Below are positions 1-10,395 of a stretch of 64,000 nucleotides of DNA, in pieces. Every line of letters begins with the position of its first letter. Positions within the stretch are counted from its first letter, which is position 1. The stretch lies in IMG/VR virus record IMGVR_UViG_3300042477_000769, one strand, 5' to 3'. The notes below the pieces were generated by a model. It saw only the letters and a list, made by a program, of their open reading frames with translations, was not told the origin of the DNA and did no database searches. The position numbers were made by a program, and so were the translations under genes. Source of the stretch: a virus (Duplodnaviria; Caudoviricetes).

Positions 1-1
1 T

Positions 2-715
2 TTACCATATAATAATGTTCCAAGTAATAAACAAGGAAAAATTAATAGAAATATTATTACTTGGTTTATTCCACAATTTGGAATTGTTAGAATGTTTATT
101 AATCCCAATAATATTGTCTATACTCATAGAAAATTAATTGGTAAAGAACCAACTAAAGGCGGATTTACTTTACAATATTGGGGAGAAGATTTAACAACTC
201 TTAACATTAGAGGAACGACTGGTAGTTCGGGCATTGAAGGAATCAATGTCTTATATGAAATGTATCGAGCAGAACAATATGCTTTTGATTCGGTTGGTTT
301 AACTTTAGCAGCTAATAATTTTAATAATGATTTAAGTAATAATCTTATTAATGGAGCTAGTAGTTTATTTGGTGGTAGCGAAACTACACAAGCCGGCACT
401 GCGGGTATATTAGGAGGTGTCTTAGGATTAAATTCACCCAATAATTCTTTGGCTCCTAGAAATATTCCTTCTCTAGCGCAATTAGCTTTTGGAGTTGAGA
501 TGTATTATAATGGTTGGGTATTTCGAGGTTATTTTGAAAATATTAATATTACTGAAAGTGCAGAAAATTTCCTCATGAATTATGATATAACTTTTATAGC
601 GACTCAAAAACGCGGATATCGAACCAATTATTTCCCCTGGGCCAGAAGCGCCAAAGATGGACCCTCAAATTATACTACATCTAATAGTTTTAGTGGAAAT
701 GTGATTGGAGAATAA
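2..715 (+). CDS. Tail-tube-like / tube-initiator baseplate protein (5' truncated by window edge)
   Basis: Frame is open from position 2 (LPYNNVPSNK...ITWFIPQFGIVRMFINP), so the ATG at 92 is internal. The pattern MFINP..I...K.I....TKGGF.LQYWGEDLTTLNIRGTTG resembles tube-fold baseplate proteins, and it lies directly upstream of the hub-like gene. Confidence 0.5.
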   Translation, partial: LPYNNVPSNKQGKINRNIITWFIPQFGIVRMFINPNNIVYTHRKLIGKEPTKGGFTLQYWGEDLTTLNIRGTTGSSGIEGINVLYEMYRAEQYAFDSVGLTLAANNFNNDLSNNLINGASSLFGGSETTQAGTAGILGGVLGLNSPNNSLAPRNIPSLAQLAFGVEMYYNGWVFRGYFENINITESAENFLMNYDITFIATQKRGYRTNYFPWARSAKDGPSNYTTSNSFSGNVIGE

Positions 716-723
716 AGATAATT

Positions 724-3700
724 ATGAGTTTTTTAGGAGAATTAGCCAATCAGATATCATCTCAATTTTCATTAGGAGAAAATACTAATACTACGTTAGA
801 TTCTATTGATTTACAAACTGGTAAGACTATTCCATATGGATCTTTGGGTGAATTTGCTAAGAATTTTGATCAATCCGCAGAACGAAGATATGTAGAAGAG
901 GGCTATTTAAGAAAAGATCCGTATAATGTAGATCCTAAAAAATTTGAAGTGTTATTACAGGAGCCGAGTGCGACGGTCTTAATTAAAAAGAAGATGTTCT
1001 CGTCTGTGGGTGAGAATTTTCGTCCTGATTATATGGACCAAGAGGAAAAAGTATATTATCGGGCGATGCGATTTTTGTTTCAAAACAAATGTCGCCAGAT
1101 TGCCAATTTAGAAAAACTGTCTAAAATACAAAAGATAACTTCTGCAATGGGCAGTTTACCAGACCAATTAATGCCTATTATTTTTACTTTATCTGATGAA
1201 TTAAGCGACGGATTATCCGGAGGGAATTCGGCTATTAGTGGAAATAGTGTGTTAACACAAGAAGCTGGTTCCGTGAGTGATACTCTGAATCGATTACGTA
1301 GAATTTATGCCTTTAATACCACTAGCAAAATGACTAGTTGGATTACTGATGCTACTAATTTGTATCAATCACAATTAGGACAGGGTACTGGAGTTATTGA
1401 AATAACTAATTTTACTAATTTAACCACCAATGTTACTACTAGTTTAAATAGTCCAGGTAGTTTCACTTTATCAATTAGTGACCCTTATGAATCTATGTTG
1501 ATTACAGAGTATGATATTGAGCGAGCTATTAGTGATGCTACTAATATGTTTTATAATAGCCGATTAACTGAATTTTCTAGTGAAAGTGCTGGAACTTTAA
1601 TCAATGATTTGTTGGCAAAAATTAATTATATCAGATCAGAACGCAAAGCCTCACCAATTAGTATTAAAGTCAATCCAGATACCTTATTAGGTAAAAGGGT
1701 AGTTGTTATTTTAGATAGACGTGGAATTGAATTGCCTTTTACTTATGATAGTACTAGTGCTCAATCTATTTTTTCTGGTGGTGCCTTAGGAGGCGGAGTG
1801 ACAGTAGCCTCTCAATATTTAAGGGGAGGTATTATTGCCGGAGAAGATGGACTAGATACTCAGCCTCAAACTTTTAATAATTTTCCCTTTTCCTCAGTTA
1901 ATCCGGGAACACATAATGGAATTGATTCAGAATTTTCTATTTTTAATAGATTAATTTCTACCATTTTTAGTAAAATTAGTTTAGAAGCTAATTCTAAAGG
2001 GGCATTTCAAACTCAAAATAAAGAAACGAATTATGCTAGAAGAAAAATGAGATTTAATTTTTCTGGTAAATTATTAATTCAGCCGATGGATACGATCCAT
2101 ATCTATATTAATTCTAAAAGTAGATATGATAATAAGTTATTATCTGGATTGCCCAATATGTTTAATGGTTTGGGCATGTTACAAAATCTGAACAACACTT
2201 TAACTAATTTACAAAATGCCGTGGGAGCATTAGATCCCGCTGGAAATATTGGGTTACAAATAGAAAAATCAGTCTATGTCGGACAAGAATTTCCTAATTT
2301 TTTGTGGAATTTAATTCGGGGACAGTTCATTTCTGAAAATGAAGGCACTCATGTCTTTGCAGGCGTGGTGCAAGGAGCTAAATCTAACTGGTCTAACGGA
2401 CGATTTCAGGTAGATATTAATGGGGGAGACAATACCGTTTATTTTGATCAAGGAAAAGTTAACTTTAACCCTGGAGCTGATGCATTTAATGGAGCCATGT
2501 TTGATCCTTTAACTCCATTTAAAAGCAATTTTGACAGCATTAATAGTAATGCTAGTGATGCTATTCCAGAATTATTAGAAGACAATAAAGTATTATTAGG
2601 CACTCGTCAAAATCAAAATGGTGGAAGCAGTGGAGCAGCTTTAGTTAAAAATAAATTAGGAAGATTTGCGGGAGAATTAGTTAACGAACAAAATATTATT
2701 CAAGATCGTAATTTTGATCCTATTACTGGGCGAATTACTAAAGTGTTTTATGCTCCCGATGGATTAGTATATAAATGGAAAGAAGGCATTGGCGTTTTCG
2801 TTCAATTTGGCAGCAATTTATCGTTAAATAATCCGGCTTTAGTTGGCAATCCCAATACAGCTAAAGAGCCGTTTGCTGGCCAAAATGTCATGAATGTGTT
2901 ATCATTATTAATTACTGGAGTTCCATATAATTTTGCTACTTATTTTAAAGCGGCCGTAGAATTTGATAGTATTACGGCGGATCCTCAAAGTAAACAAAAT
3001 GCAGTTAATTCGTTTTTGCAAGGACTGAGAACTGATTTAACTAAAAGTAATACTTTATGGGGAAATTTTATTCCTTTTAAAAACCTTAAGGTTGATGAGC
3101 CGTCTTTTGTTCAAGCTATCAATAAAACTGCGACAGTAGTTCAAAAAAATCAAGTTTTAGATAATCAAATTAGAAAATTACAAGATTTCCAACAGGAAAG
3201 AATGATTAATGGAGCGGCGACTTTAGTTAGCGCTTATACTACTAAAAATGAGAAAGTTGCCTCTGAATTAGACAATAGAATTCAATTATTACAACAAGAC
3301 ATACAAACTACTATTAATGATATTGCTAGTGCGGATGCTTCTTTTATTCAAGAAGTAGGAGACGATATTTCCTTTGATTCCAATCAATTTATTGATTCAG
3401 GTCAAGATAAAAAAACTGCCGGTGAAACTCGTCGTTTCTTACGTCGACAGTTAAATCATTTAACTCGACGGATGTCGTATAATGTCAGAGCTAATGAAGA
3501 TAAAAATCTATTTATTGTGGATGATTTTTATGATAAAGATTTTGATATTTTAGCTTATGAAAAGGCTTTATCCGATGGAATTAAACTATATAATAGTGAA
3601 TTCACTTCAGTGCGTCAAAAGATTAACCATGTAGCTCAATTATTAGATTTAGAAGTCTTTTGTGATACTCAAGGGCATATTCGATGTCGCCCGCCGCAAT

Positions 3701-5775
3701 ATAATAGAATGCCGAGTTCTGTGTTTTATAAGATGATGTATCTTAAACAGGCACTAGATATTCAAATCTTTCCTCAATTTTTAGCTGATTTATTTAACAC
3801 CAAATTAGAAACTTTAAGAACTCAAGTAGAAATTATAGAAGATGAAATTAGATTAAGTTGTGCTTTATTAGCTAAAAATACAGATGAAGAAGCCGTTAAT
3901 TTTATTTTATATAATGGCAGCTCTTTAAGCACTAATAGTCCCACGGCTGGTACTGGAGACACTTTCTCTTTCTTATCGGCAGAAGACAGCGGAATTGTGT
4001 CTAACATTTCATTGTTATTAAAAGCGGCTAACCCTGATGAAAGAGATGATTTACAGCCACAAGATTTAGATACTTTTGATACTTTAGAAAAAAATGCTTT
4101 ATCTACTAAAAATTTATTTAGTATGAGAGCTAAGTATTATAGTATAGTTAATTCTTTAGTGAGTCAAGAATTAACGACGGCAGGGTTTCCAGAGATTATT
4201 ACTGATGAAGTATTTAATAGTGAAAGAGTGAATGAATTAGTTAATAGAATTCAAACCAAATCTGGTCAACGTGTTGCCTTAAATGATTATTTAATTAAAA
4301 GAGATACTATTACCGTCATAGAATTGCCTGATAATTCAACTATTGATGTTTTTAAAGTTATCAAGGATTTATTCTTTCAAATTGGTAAGCGTCAAAAAGT
4401 AATTAAATTATTTTATCATACTTTGAAAAATGCACAAGAATTCAAATCATTGGATGATAACGATGATACCACCGGAAATGCATTAATTACTCCGGGAGTA
4501 TATGGTAACTCAAATATTCCAGAAGTATTTGAGCATATGATAGAAGATGAAACTTTTGATGATTATGGCCTTAATTCCGGGCAAAGATATATTATTAAAA
4601 GAAGCCAAATTAAATCATTAAATATTTCAGAAAATCCTCCGCCATTTACTGCAGTAGAAGTACAAGGAGTCTTGGATCCATTTATTAGTAATAATGATTT
4701 GCCACCAGGTTTAGTTGGAGCGTTTGATGGCAATGGAAATGGCATGACCACGGCTAAGGCTATTGATTACGATATGTGGAGAATGTATGGCTATAAAGAA
4801 GGTGCACCGATTAATGTGCCATTTTTATCTGACCCTACTTCGCAATGTGGGCCCTATGCCAGTATGATACTAAGTAAAAATAGAAAGAATATTTTACAGG
4901 GAACAGTTACTATTTCTGGTAATGAATATATGCAACCAGGAGAAGTAGTTTTTCTAGAAGACAGACAAATGTTATTTTATGTCTCTTCTGTAAGCCACAC
5001 TTTTACTCAAGGTCGTTCTTTTGATACTACCTTAAATTTAACTTATGGTCATACTCCAGGAGAGTATATTCCCAATGTGACTGATATTATTGGTAAATTA
5101 ATTTATAATAACCGAGATGTTGCCGAGCTAGTTATCGATAGACAGAGCAGTTCGTCAAATGAATTAAGTATTGGTGTCATTCAAAGAAGCAATGATGATT
5201 CCGGTATCGATAATTCTGCTAATTTAAATAACTTATCTAAAACATTTGATGTATTTAATGCTCAAACTATTGAAAATATTTTATATACTACTCGATATTT
5301 ATTAAATGCAAATGAATCAGAAAATCAACAAGCCATTGCATCCATTGAGTTAAGAATTTATCATGACAATAATAATAAACCAGATCCTGATTTAGAAGGT
5401 TATGCTAATGGAATTAGAGATATTCTACTTGGTAGAAATGATGCTACCGATTTAGCTAGTAAAGATTTAATAGTTCCTCTTAATATTAAGCAAGTAAAAC
5501 CAATTGAAGATAGTTTTGTTAATTTAGATGATACCGATGACCGCCGCTCTCCTTCTCAAAAAGCTATTGATGCAGCGCGCAACCACAAAGAGACAATATC
5601 CACTAATGGTGGAGGAGCTTCTAATCCTGGGACGGAGGATGATGGTGGGCAAGCGACGGAGACAGAGTCCCCAAATATTAATAAAGATAGTATTAGGGTA
5701 TCTTTATTTAAGTATATAATAGATTGTTGGGTAACTATCCAGCCAATATTTCCTCAAACTTCTAATGGGTCTTAA
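724..5775 (+). CDS. Baseplate hub protein (gp27/VgrG-N/late control D-like), very large (1683 aa)
   Basis: C-terminal part has GTVTISGNEYMQPGEVVFLEDRQMLFYVSSVSHTFTQGRSFDTTLNL and VFCDTQGHIRCRPPQ, typical of hub-fold proteins. Followed by spike-like and gp25-like genes. Confidence 0.6.
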   Translation: MSFLGELANQISSQFSLGENTNTTLDSIDLQTGKTIPYGSLGEFAKNFDQSAERRYVEEGYLRKDPYNVDPKKFEVLLQEPSATVLIKKKMFSSVGENFRPDYMDQEEKVYYRAMRFLFQNKCRQIANLEKLSKIQKITSAMGSLPDQLMPIIFTLSDELSDGLSGGNSAISGNSVLTQEAGSVSDTLNRLRRIYAFNTTSKMTSWITDATNLYQSQLGQGTGVIEITNFTNLTTNVTTSLNSPGSFTLSISDPYESMLITEYDIERAISDATNMFYNSRLTEFSSESAGTLINDLLAKINYIRSERKASPISIKVNPDTLLGKRVVVILDRRGIELPFTYDSTSAQSIFSGGALGGGVTVASQYLRGGIIAGEDGLDTQPQTFNNFPFSSVNPGTHNGIDSEFSIFNRLISTIFSKISLEANSKGAFQTQNKETNYARRKMRFNFSGKLLIQPMDTIHIYINSKSRYDNKLLSGLPNMFNGLGMLQNLNNTLTNLQNAVGALDPAGNIGLQIEKSVYVGQEFPNFLWNLIRGQFISENEGTHVFAGVVQGAKSNWSNGRFQVDINGGDNTVYFDQGKVNFNPGADAFNGAMFDPLTPFKSNFDSINSNASDAIPELLEDNKVLLGTRQNQNGGSSGAALVKNKLGRFAGELVNEQNIIQDRNFDPITGRITKVFYAPDGLVYKWKEGIGVFVQFGSNLSLNNPALVGNPNTAKEPFAGQNVMNVLSLLITGVPYNFATYFKAAVEFDSITADPQSKQNAVNSFLQGLRTDLTKSNTLWGNFIPFKNLKVDEPSFVQAINKTATVVQKNQVLDNQIRKLQDFQQERMINGAATLVSAYTTKNEKVASELDNRIQLLQQDIQTTINDIASADASFIQEVGDDISFDSNQFIDSGQDKKTAGETRRFLRRQLNHLTRRMSYNVRANEDKNLFIVDDFYDKDFDILAYEKALSDGIKLYNSEFTSVRQKINHVAQLLDLEVFCDTQGHIRCRPPQYNRMPSSVFYKMMYLKQALDIQIFPQFLADLFNTKLETLRTQVEIIEDEIRLSCALLAKNTDEEAVNFILYNGSSLSTNSPTAGTGDTFSFLSAEDSGIVSNISLLLKAANPDERDDLQPQDLDTFDTLEKNALSTKNLFSMRAKYYSIVNSLVSQELTTAGFPEIITDEVFNSERVNELVNRIQTKSGQRVALNDYLIKRDTITVIELPDNSTIDVFKVIKDLFFQIGKRQKVIKLFYHTLKNAQEFKSLDDNDDTTGNALITPGVYGNSNIPEVFEHMIEDETFDDYGLNSGQRYIIKRSQIKSLNISENPPPFTAVEVQGVLDPFISNNDLPPGLVGAFDGNGNGMTTAKAIDYDMWRMYGYKEGAPINVPFLSDPTSQCGPYASMILSKNRKNILQGTVTISGNEYMQPGEVVFLEDRQMLFYVSSVSHTFTQGRSFDTTLNLTYGHTPGEYIPNVTDIIGKLIYNNRDVAELVIDRQSSSSNELSIGVIQRSNDDSGIDNSANLNNLSKTFDVFNAQTIENILYTTRYLLNANESENQQAIASIELRIYHDNNNKPDPDLEGYANGIRDILLGRNDATDLASKDLIVPLNIKQVKPIEDSFVNLDDTDDRRSPSQKAIDAARNHKETISTNGGGASNPGTEDDGGQATETESPNINKDSIRVSLFKYIIDCWVTIQPIFPQTSNGS

Positions 5776-5777
5776 TT

Positions 5778-7811
5778 ATGATAGATAATGGCGTAAATAA
5801 ATTTGATGAAGTAGTAGGTCTATTAAAAAGGGCTACTATTGTCAATTATTTGCCCGATCGTGATATTATTCAAGTTAAATTAGCTGCGGGTCAATCTGCG
5901 TTAAAGGGGCAAAGCCCCTTAGTCCCTATTGATGTTCCTGCCCCACATGGACTATTTTATAATAATGGTTTATTTATTGGAACCTTGCCGGATATTGGAA
6001 CCCCAGTAGTTATTGGCCAAGGAAGCGGTGGGCAATATCATTTTGTCTCTTTTTTAGCGGAAAATATCACTAAAGTTCCAGTATTAAAATCGGGAGAATT
6101 ATTAATTCGTGGTTCTGAAACTGCGGTTATTACCTTAAATAAAAATAATGATATTTCTGTTGGTTCAGAAACTAATAAAATTCATATTAATGCTCAAAGT
6201 AATTTAATTACTACTAATTTTAACAATGAAAATCATTTTACTCAAGCTTCTAGAAAAATAGAAGGAGTAGTTAAACGAGATTTATTAAGAAATACTAAGT
6301 TTGATCAAAATAATAAGTTAGAAAGTGACGATTACGATTCTAAATTTAAAATTATTGGTATGGACCCCAGCTCTAATGCTAATAGTGTTATCACTGGTCC
6401 CTATAAAAATCCGCCCTTAGTAGAATCACGAGAAATCATTTATGAGTTTCAATTTGAATCAGAGATAGAAAATGATGCTATTGAATCGCTAAGATATAGT
6501 GACATAAATACTGATAATAATTACACTTTTCCAAATCGAAGAAACAGCCGAGCAGATTTACTCAGTTTATCTTTAGTGGCGCCTAATTATTTAATTGAAA
6601 CTGTCAAAGGCACAGTGGTGGATATTTTTGGTAATATTTTAGATCTCAATCGATATCCATTGCCTATTGGAACAGATCAAGCGACAATCAATAAAGATAG
6701 TACTATTGATAAAAGTGAGGCATTTTTATTAATTAAAGAATTAGAACGAAAAAGTTTAGCTTATCATTTTGAAATTAATACTCGCAAAGATTTACAGGGT
6801 CAACCTGCTACTAATTTTATTGATTCTAGTGATGATTATGCAAGAATTAGAAGTCGTTTCTTTTTAGATATTGATAAAGAAGGGCAATTTAAATTAAATG
6901 TTCCGGCTTCTAGTGAAAAGGGTAACATTCCCTTATTAACTAGATATGAAAATTATTCTACTTTTGGGTCAGAAGATAATGGTAATCCTAATAAGTTAGT
7001 TTTTCAAGGGGCAGGTAATAATTTTGATGTTTATCAAGATTCTTTTGCTTCTCCAATTCTGACGCCTAGTGATGGAGGATTTTTACCATCTTCTGATAAA
7101 GGATCCATTACCTTAAAAACTTCTTCTGGAGCTGATGGAGCGCCACAAGACAGACTGACCGGAAATCATATCAAGCATGGAATGGTATTCCATGATATTT
7201 TGCAAACTTGCTTTGCTCATCAAAATAATCAATTCATTAATTATCCTACCAATGCTTACATCTCGCCTATTTTAAATAATATCCCGACATTAAATAATGT
7301 AGTTTCTAAAACTATTGTGATTGATGGAGATGAGGCTCGGGCTGGAGGAAGAAGCGGCTCTTTAAATTTTGATGGGTCCTTAGAATTAAATATTGGAGCT
7401 AATACTATCGATCGTCAATCGATGTGGTGCAGTATGGCTGGTGGGGCAGTGTATAATATTGGTCGAGATATTAATGGTCGAAGCATTATGGCAGCTACGG
7501 GTGGAGATTTTTATTTACAAGTAGGCGGGTTTGGGATTACTGGAGATTCAAGATTTGAGGAAGGCGGAATTAATCCGCAAGATAATTCTATTAAGGGCGC
7601 GGTGTTAGATTTACGTATTTTGAGTAATGGTGGTTATTGTCATATGATTAGAATAGATGACAATGGTATTACTTTAATGACTCCTGGTAATATGGCGATT
7701 CATGCTAAAGGAGCCTTGGAGTTAACTTCTGATCAAAGTATTAGAATAGAAGCTCCCAATGTTACTATGCAAAAACGATTGGTACTTAATGCTCCTATGG
7801 GATCTATTTGA
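5778..7811 (+). CDS. Baseplate central spike (gp5/gpV-like)
   Basis: N-terminal OB-like segment (DIIQVKL...FIGTLPDIGTPVVIG). C-terminal short beta-strand repeats (HMIRIDDNGITLMTPGNMAIHAKGALELTSDQSIRIEAPNVTM). Located after the hub gene. Confidence 0.55.
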   Translation: MIDNGVNKFDEVVGLLKRATIVNYLPDRDIIQVKLAAGQSALKGQSPLVPIDVPAPHGLFYNNGLFIGTLPDIGTPVVIGQGSGGQYHFVSFLAENITKVPVLKSGELLIRGSETAVITLNKNNDISVGSETNKIHINAQSNLITTNFNNENHFTQASRKIEGVVKRDLLRNTKFDQNNKLESDDYDSKFKIIGMDPSSNANSVITGPYKNPPLVESREIIYEFQFESEIENDAIESLRYSDINTDNNYTFPNRRNSRADLLSLSLVAPNYLIETVKGTVVDIFGNILDLNRYPLPIGTDQATINKDSTIDKSEAFLLIKELERKSLAYHFEINTRKDLQGQPATNFIDSSDDYARIRSRFFLDIDKEGQFKLNVPASSEKGNIPLLTRYENYSTFGSEDNGNPNKLVFQGAGNNFDVYQDSFASPILTPSDGGFLPSSDKGSITLKTSSGADGAPQDRLTGNHIKHGMVFHDILQTCFAHQNNQFINYPTNAYISPILNNIPTLNNVVSKTIVIDGDEARAGGRSGSLNFDGSLELNIGANTIDRQSMWCSMAGGAVYNIGRDINGRSIMAATGGDFYLQVGGFGITGDSRFEEGGINPQDNSIKGAVLDLRILSNGGYCHMIRIDDNGITLMTPGNMAIHAKGALELTSDQSIRIEAPNVTMQKRLVLNAPMGSI

Positions 7812-7818
7812 GGTGAAT

Positions 7819-8169
7819 ATGAGAAAATTAAATAGTGTTATTTATAATAAGTTATTAGCTCAAGCAGAAGAAGCGAAAGATCAAGGTCATACTAAATTAG
7901 CTAATTCTATTCATGTGTGTATTGGAGCTTATCCAGAAAATGAAGTGACGGAATATGAATATTCTCAATTAGAAGAAGACCTTAAAATGGAAATGTGGAA
8001 AGCGGCAGCTAATGTTATTAACTACTATGGCGTAGAGAGTGTAGATGCGGAAAAAATGGATGAAGCATTAACCGCCTGTGCTAATAAAATGTTAACAGAA
8101 TTAGAACAAGTATTAGGAATAGAGAACAAATTTGGACCTTTTGAACCAAAAGTATTAGGCCAAAAATAA
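7819..8169 (+). CDS. Hypothetical protein (116 aa)
   Basis: ATG at 7819 is preceded by SD GAGGTG (7810-7815). The ORF-track start at 7759 overlaps the previous gene and is less likely. Confidence 0.7.
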   Translation: MRKLNSVIYNKLLAQAEEAKDQGHTKLANSIHVCIGAYPENEVTEYEYSQLEEDLKMEMWKAAANVINYYGVESVDAEKMDEALTACANKMLTELEQVLGIENKFGPFEPKVLGQK

Positions 8170-8193
8170 TATTTTGAAGTTATATAATAAATA

Positions 8194-10395
8194 ATGGCAC
8201 CCTGTAATCCTAATGATCTTTCTATTCCAGTTCCAGATGGCCCTAGTGGGCCATCCATTCCTGGATTTGGTACACCTTTTATTCCTAAAGGTCCAAATTT
8301 AAATCCTTTTCCAGAAGGGTTTCCTGAAGATATTTTAGAATTATTCAATCAATTACAATTATTGATTCCTCCGGGAGCCTTAAAACCACAATTAAATCCT
8401 AATTATGGTAAAGATGTATTTGATGCTATAATGAAGTTGTTAGATCAATTTATGCCATTTTTAATGTTGTATAAATTTTTCTTACCAGTTTTAGAATTAA
8501 TCATTTGTATCATTGAAGTATTATGCGCACTAATGAACCCCTTTAAATTAGTGAGAGCATTAAATAGATTATTTACTCAATGTATTCCGGCCTTTTTAAA
8601 TCTATTTCCTATTTTTGCTTTAGTAATAATGATTATTTCTTTATTGTTGCTAATTTTGGCCTTAATTGAATATATTGTGGCTCAGATAATTAAATTTATT
8701 GAAATCGTGACTCGTAATATTTTGGCTTTGCAAAAATCATTTGCTGATGGAGATGCCGAATCTATTAAAGCAATTGCCTTGAAGCTGGGTTCGTTATTAT
8801 GTATTTTTCAAAACTTATTTGTTTTGTTTGCAATCTTTAATATTATCATTCAAGTAATTAAAGATATTTTGGCTTTAGTTTTTGCCATTCCACCATGTGA
8901 AGATAGTGCGGCGGAAGATTTAGATGGTTGCTGTACTCCAGATGTCTGTCCTTCCATTGTGAAGGAAGAGTATACTAGAACTACTGGCACTTTACAATAC
9001 TTAAATAAAGTGGGCGTAGAAACTTCTGTGGTGTTACCTCCACAATTTGGCGGAGCTTTTAGTGTAGATATTCGCCCAGAAAGTTGGCAAATCTATGATA
9101 TTCAGCAACCTATCCCACAACAATTTAAAAATATTTATGATGGTTATGATGTACCAGTACCATTTGGTTTAGAGTTTTTGCCATTTGCCAAGCCAGTCTT
9201 TTTCCCCACCGCTTTAACTTATACTGCAGAATCAGATCCTAAGCAGGCTCCATATGTTTTAGATTTACGATTATTTTATAATCCAGCTAATTGGGGTCGG
9301 CCAGGATTAGCACGATATGTTAGATTTACTAATTGTATTATGTTAACAGTGCCATCTAGCACATTAACTTTAGGTAATTTGCTTAAATTACCCATTCCAA
9401 CAGCAGTAGCTAGTATTGCTGGAGGATTTGGTTATGAAGATGATGGTTATACTAAATTAACTGGATTTGATACAGATGGTGTTACTCCAATTGATGCTCA
9501 AGCTACTTTAAATAACTTTTTACATAAAGCAGCAGAAAATTCTACTAATCCTTCTCTTTCCATTACTGATGGATATACTTTCCAAAATATAGAATATACT
9601 TTTAGACCCAATATTGCGCCGTTATTAGCTACTAATTTAGTCACTTTAGGGTGTGCTCCCGATATTGCTATTAATAGGACCTTTGTCAATAATGTATTTG
9701 CTGGTGATATTGCGCTCAAGACGCAATTATTGCGCAATCTATTAAATAATCCTAATTTTACTAATCCAGGAGCGGCCCAACAATGTCTCTCTACCGCAGT
9801 AGCTAATTTAAGTACTAATATGACGTTAGAAGGGGCAGCAGAGTTTCAAACAACGACTACATTATGTTTACAAAAACTCAAAGATGATACGAACAGTGCC
9901 TTAGGAGAATTAATTGGTATTGGTTTTGATCCATGTAAGAGTAGTTTTACTTTAGAGCCAAAAGTTCAATTTACAACTAAACCCATTATTGTTTCTGTTT
10001 CGTTAAATGAACGAAATGGATTATCCTTAACTGCCGGATTATCTGAGGAAGTAGCCGCTAATTTAGCTGATAGAATCTCACCACATATTACTTTTGGCGA
10101 AATTAGCAGATTTAGTTATGATGGATACCAAGCTTTTACGGCCGAATTAACTAGTAAAAATCCAGGGAGTGGAAGTATTATGATTTCTTTTGATAATAAT
10201 ACTTTATGTAATAATAAATTGCCTGAAACTGGTGATTCGGCTGATGTACTACCTGAACATACCTTACAATCAATTGATTATCAATTTATCTATGCACCAT
10301 ATGGTGTTGCAACAGATAGTGATGGTAAGCCACGAAGAGACGCGGGTGACGTGGCTATTACTGGACTAGTTAATCCTGGTAACGGAGGCGGTTAA
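8194..10395 (+). CDS. Virion/baseplate-associated protein with a long hydrophobic helical region
   Basis: 733 aa, with a Pro-rich N-terminus, about 145 aa of strongly hydrophobic helices (approx. residues 86-232) and a Cys cluster PPC...GCCTPDVC. Function inferred only from position in the baseplate operon. Confidence 0.45.
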   Translation: MAPCNPNDLSIPVPDGPSGPSIPGFGTPFIPKGPNLNPFPEGFPEDILELFNQLQLLIPPGALKPQLNPNYGKDVFDAIMKLLDQFMPFLMLYKFFLPVLELIICIIEVLCALMNPFKLVRALNRLFTQCIPAFLNLFPIFALVIMIISLLLLILALIEYIVAQIIKFIEIVTRNILALQKSFADGDAESIKAIALKLGSLLCIFQNLFVLFAIFNIIIQVIKDILALVFAIPPCEDSAAEDLDGCCTPDVCPSIVKEEYTRTTGTLQYLNKVGVETSVVLPPQFGGAFSVDIRPESWQIYDIQQPIPQQFKNIYDGYDVPVPFGLEFLPFAKPVFFPTALTYTAESDPKQAPYVLDLRLFYNPANWGRPGLARYVRFTNCIMLTVPSSTLTLGNLLKLPIPTAVASIAGGFGYEDDGYTKLTGFDTDGVTPIDAQATLNNFLHKAAENSTNPSLSITDGYTFQNIEYTFRPNIAPLLATNLVTLGCAPDIAINRTFVNNVFAGDIALKTQLLRNLLNNPNFTNPGAAQQCLSTAVANLSTNMTLEGAAEFQTTTTLCLQKLKDDTNSALGELIGIGFDPCKSSFTLEPKVQFTTKPIIVSVSLNERNGLSLTAGLSEEVAANLADRISPHITFGEISRFSYDGYQAFTAELTSKNPGSGSIMISFDNNTLCNNKLPETGDSADVLPEHTLQSIDYQFIYAPYGVATDSDGKPRRDAGDVAITGLVNPGNGGG

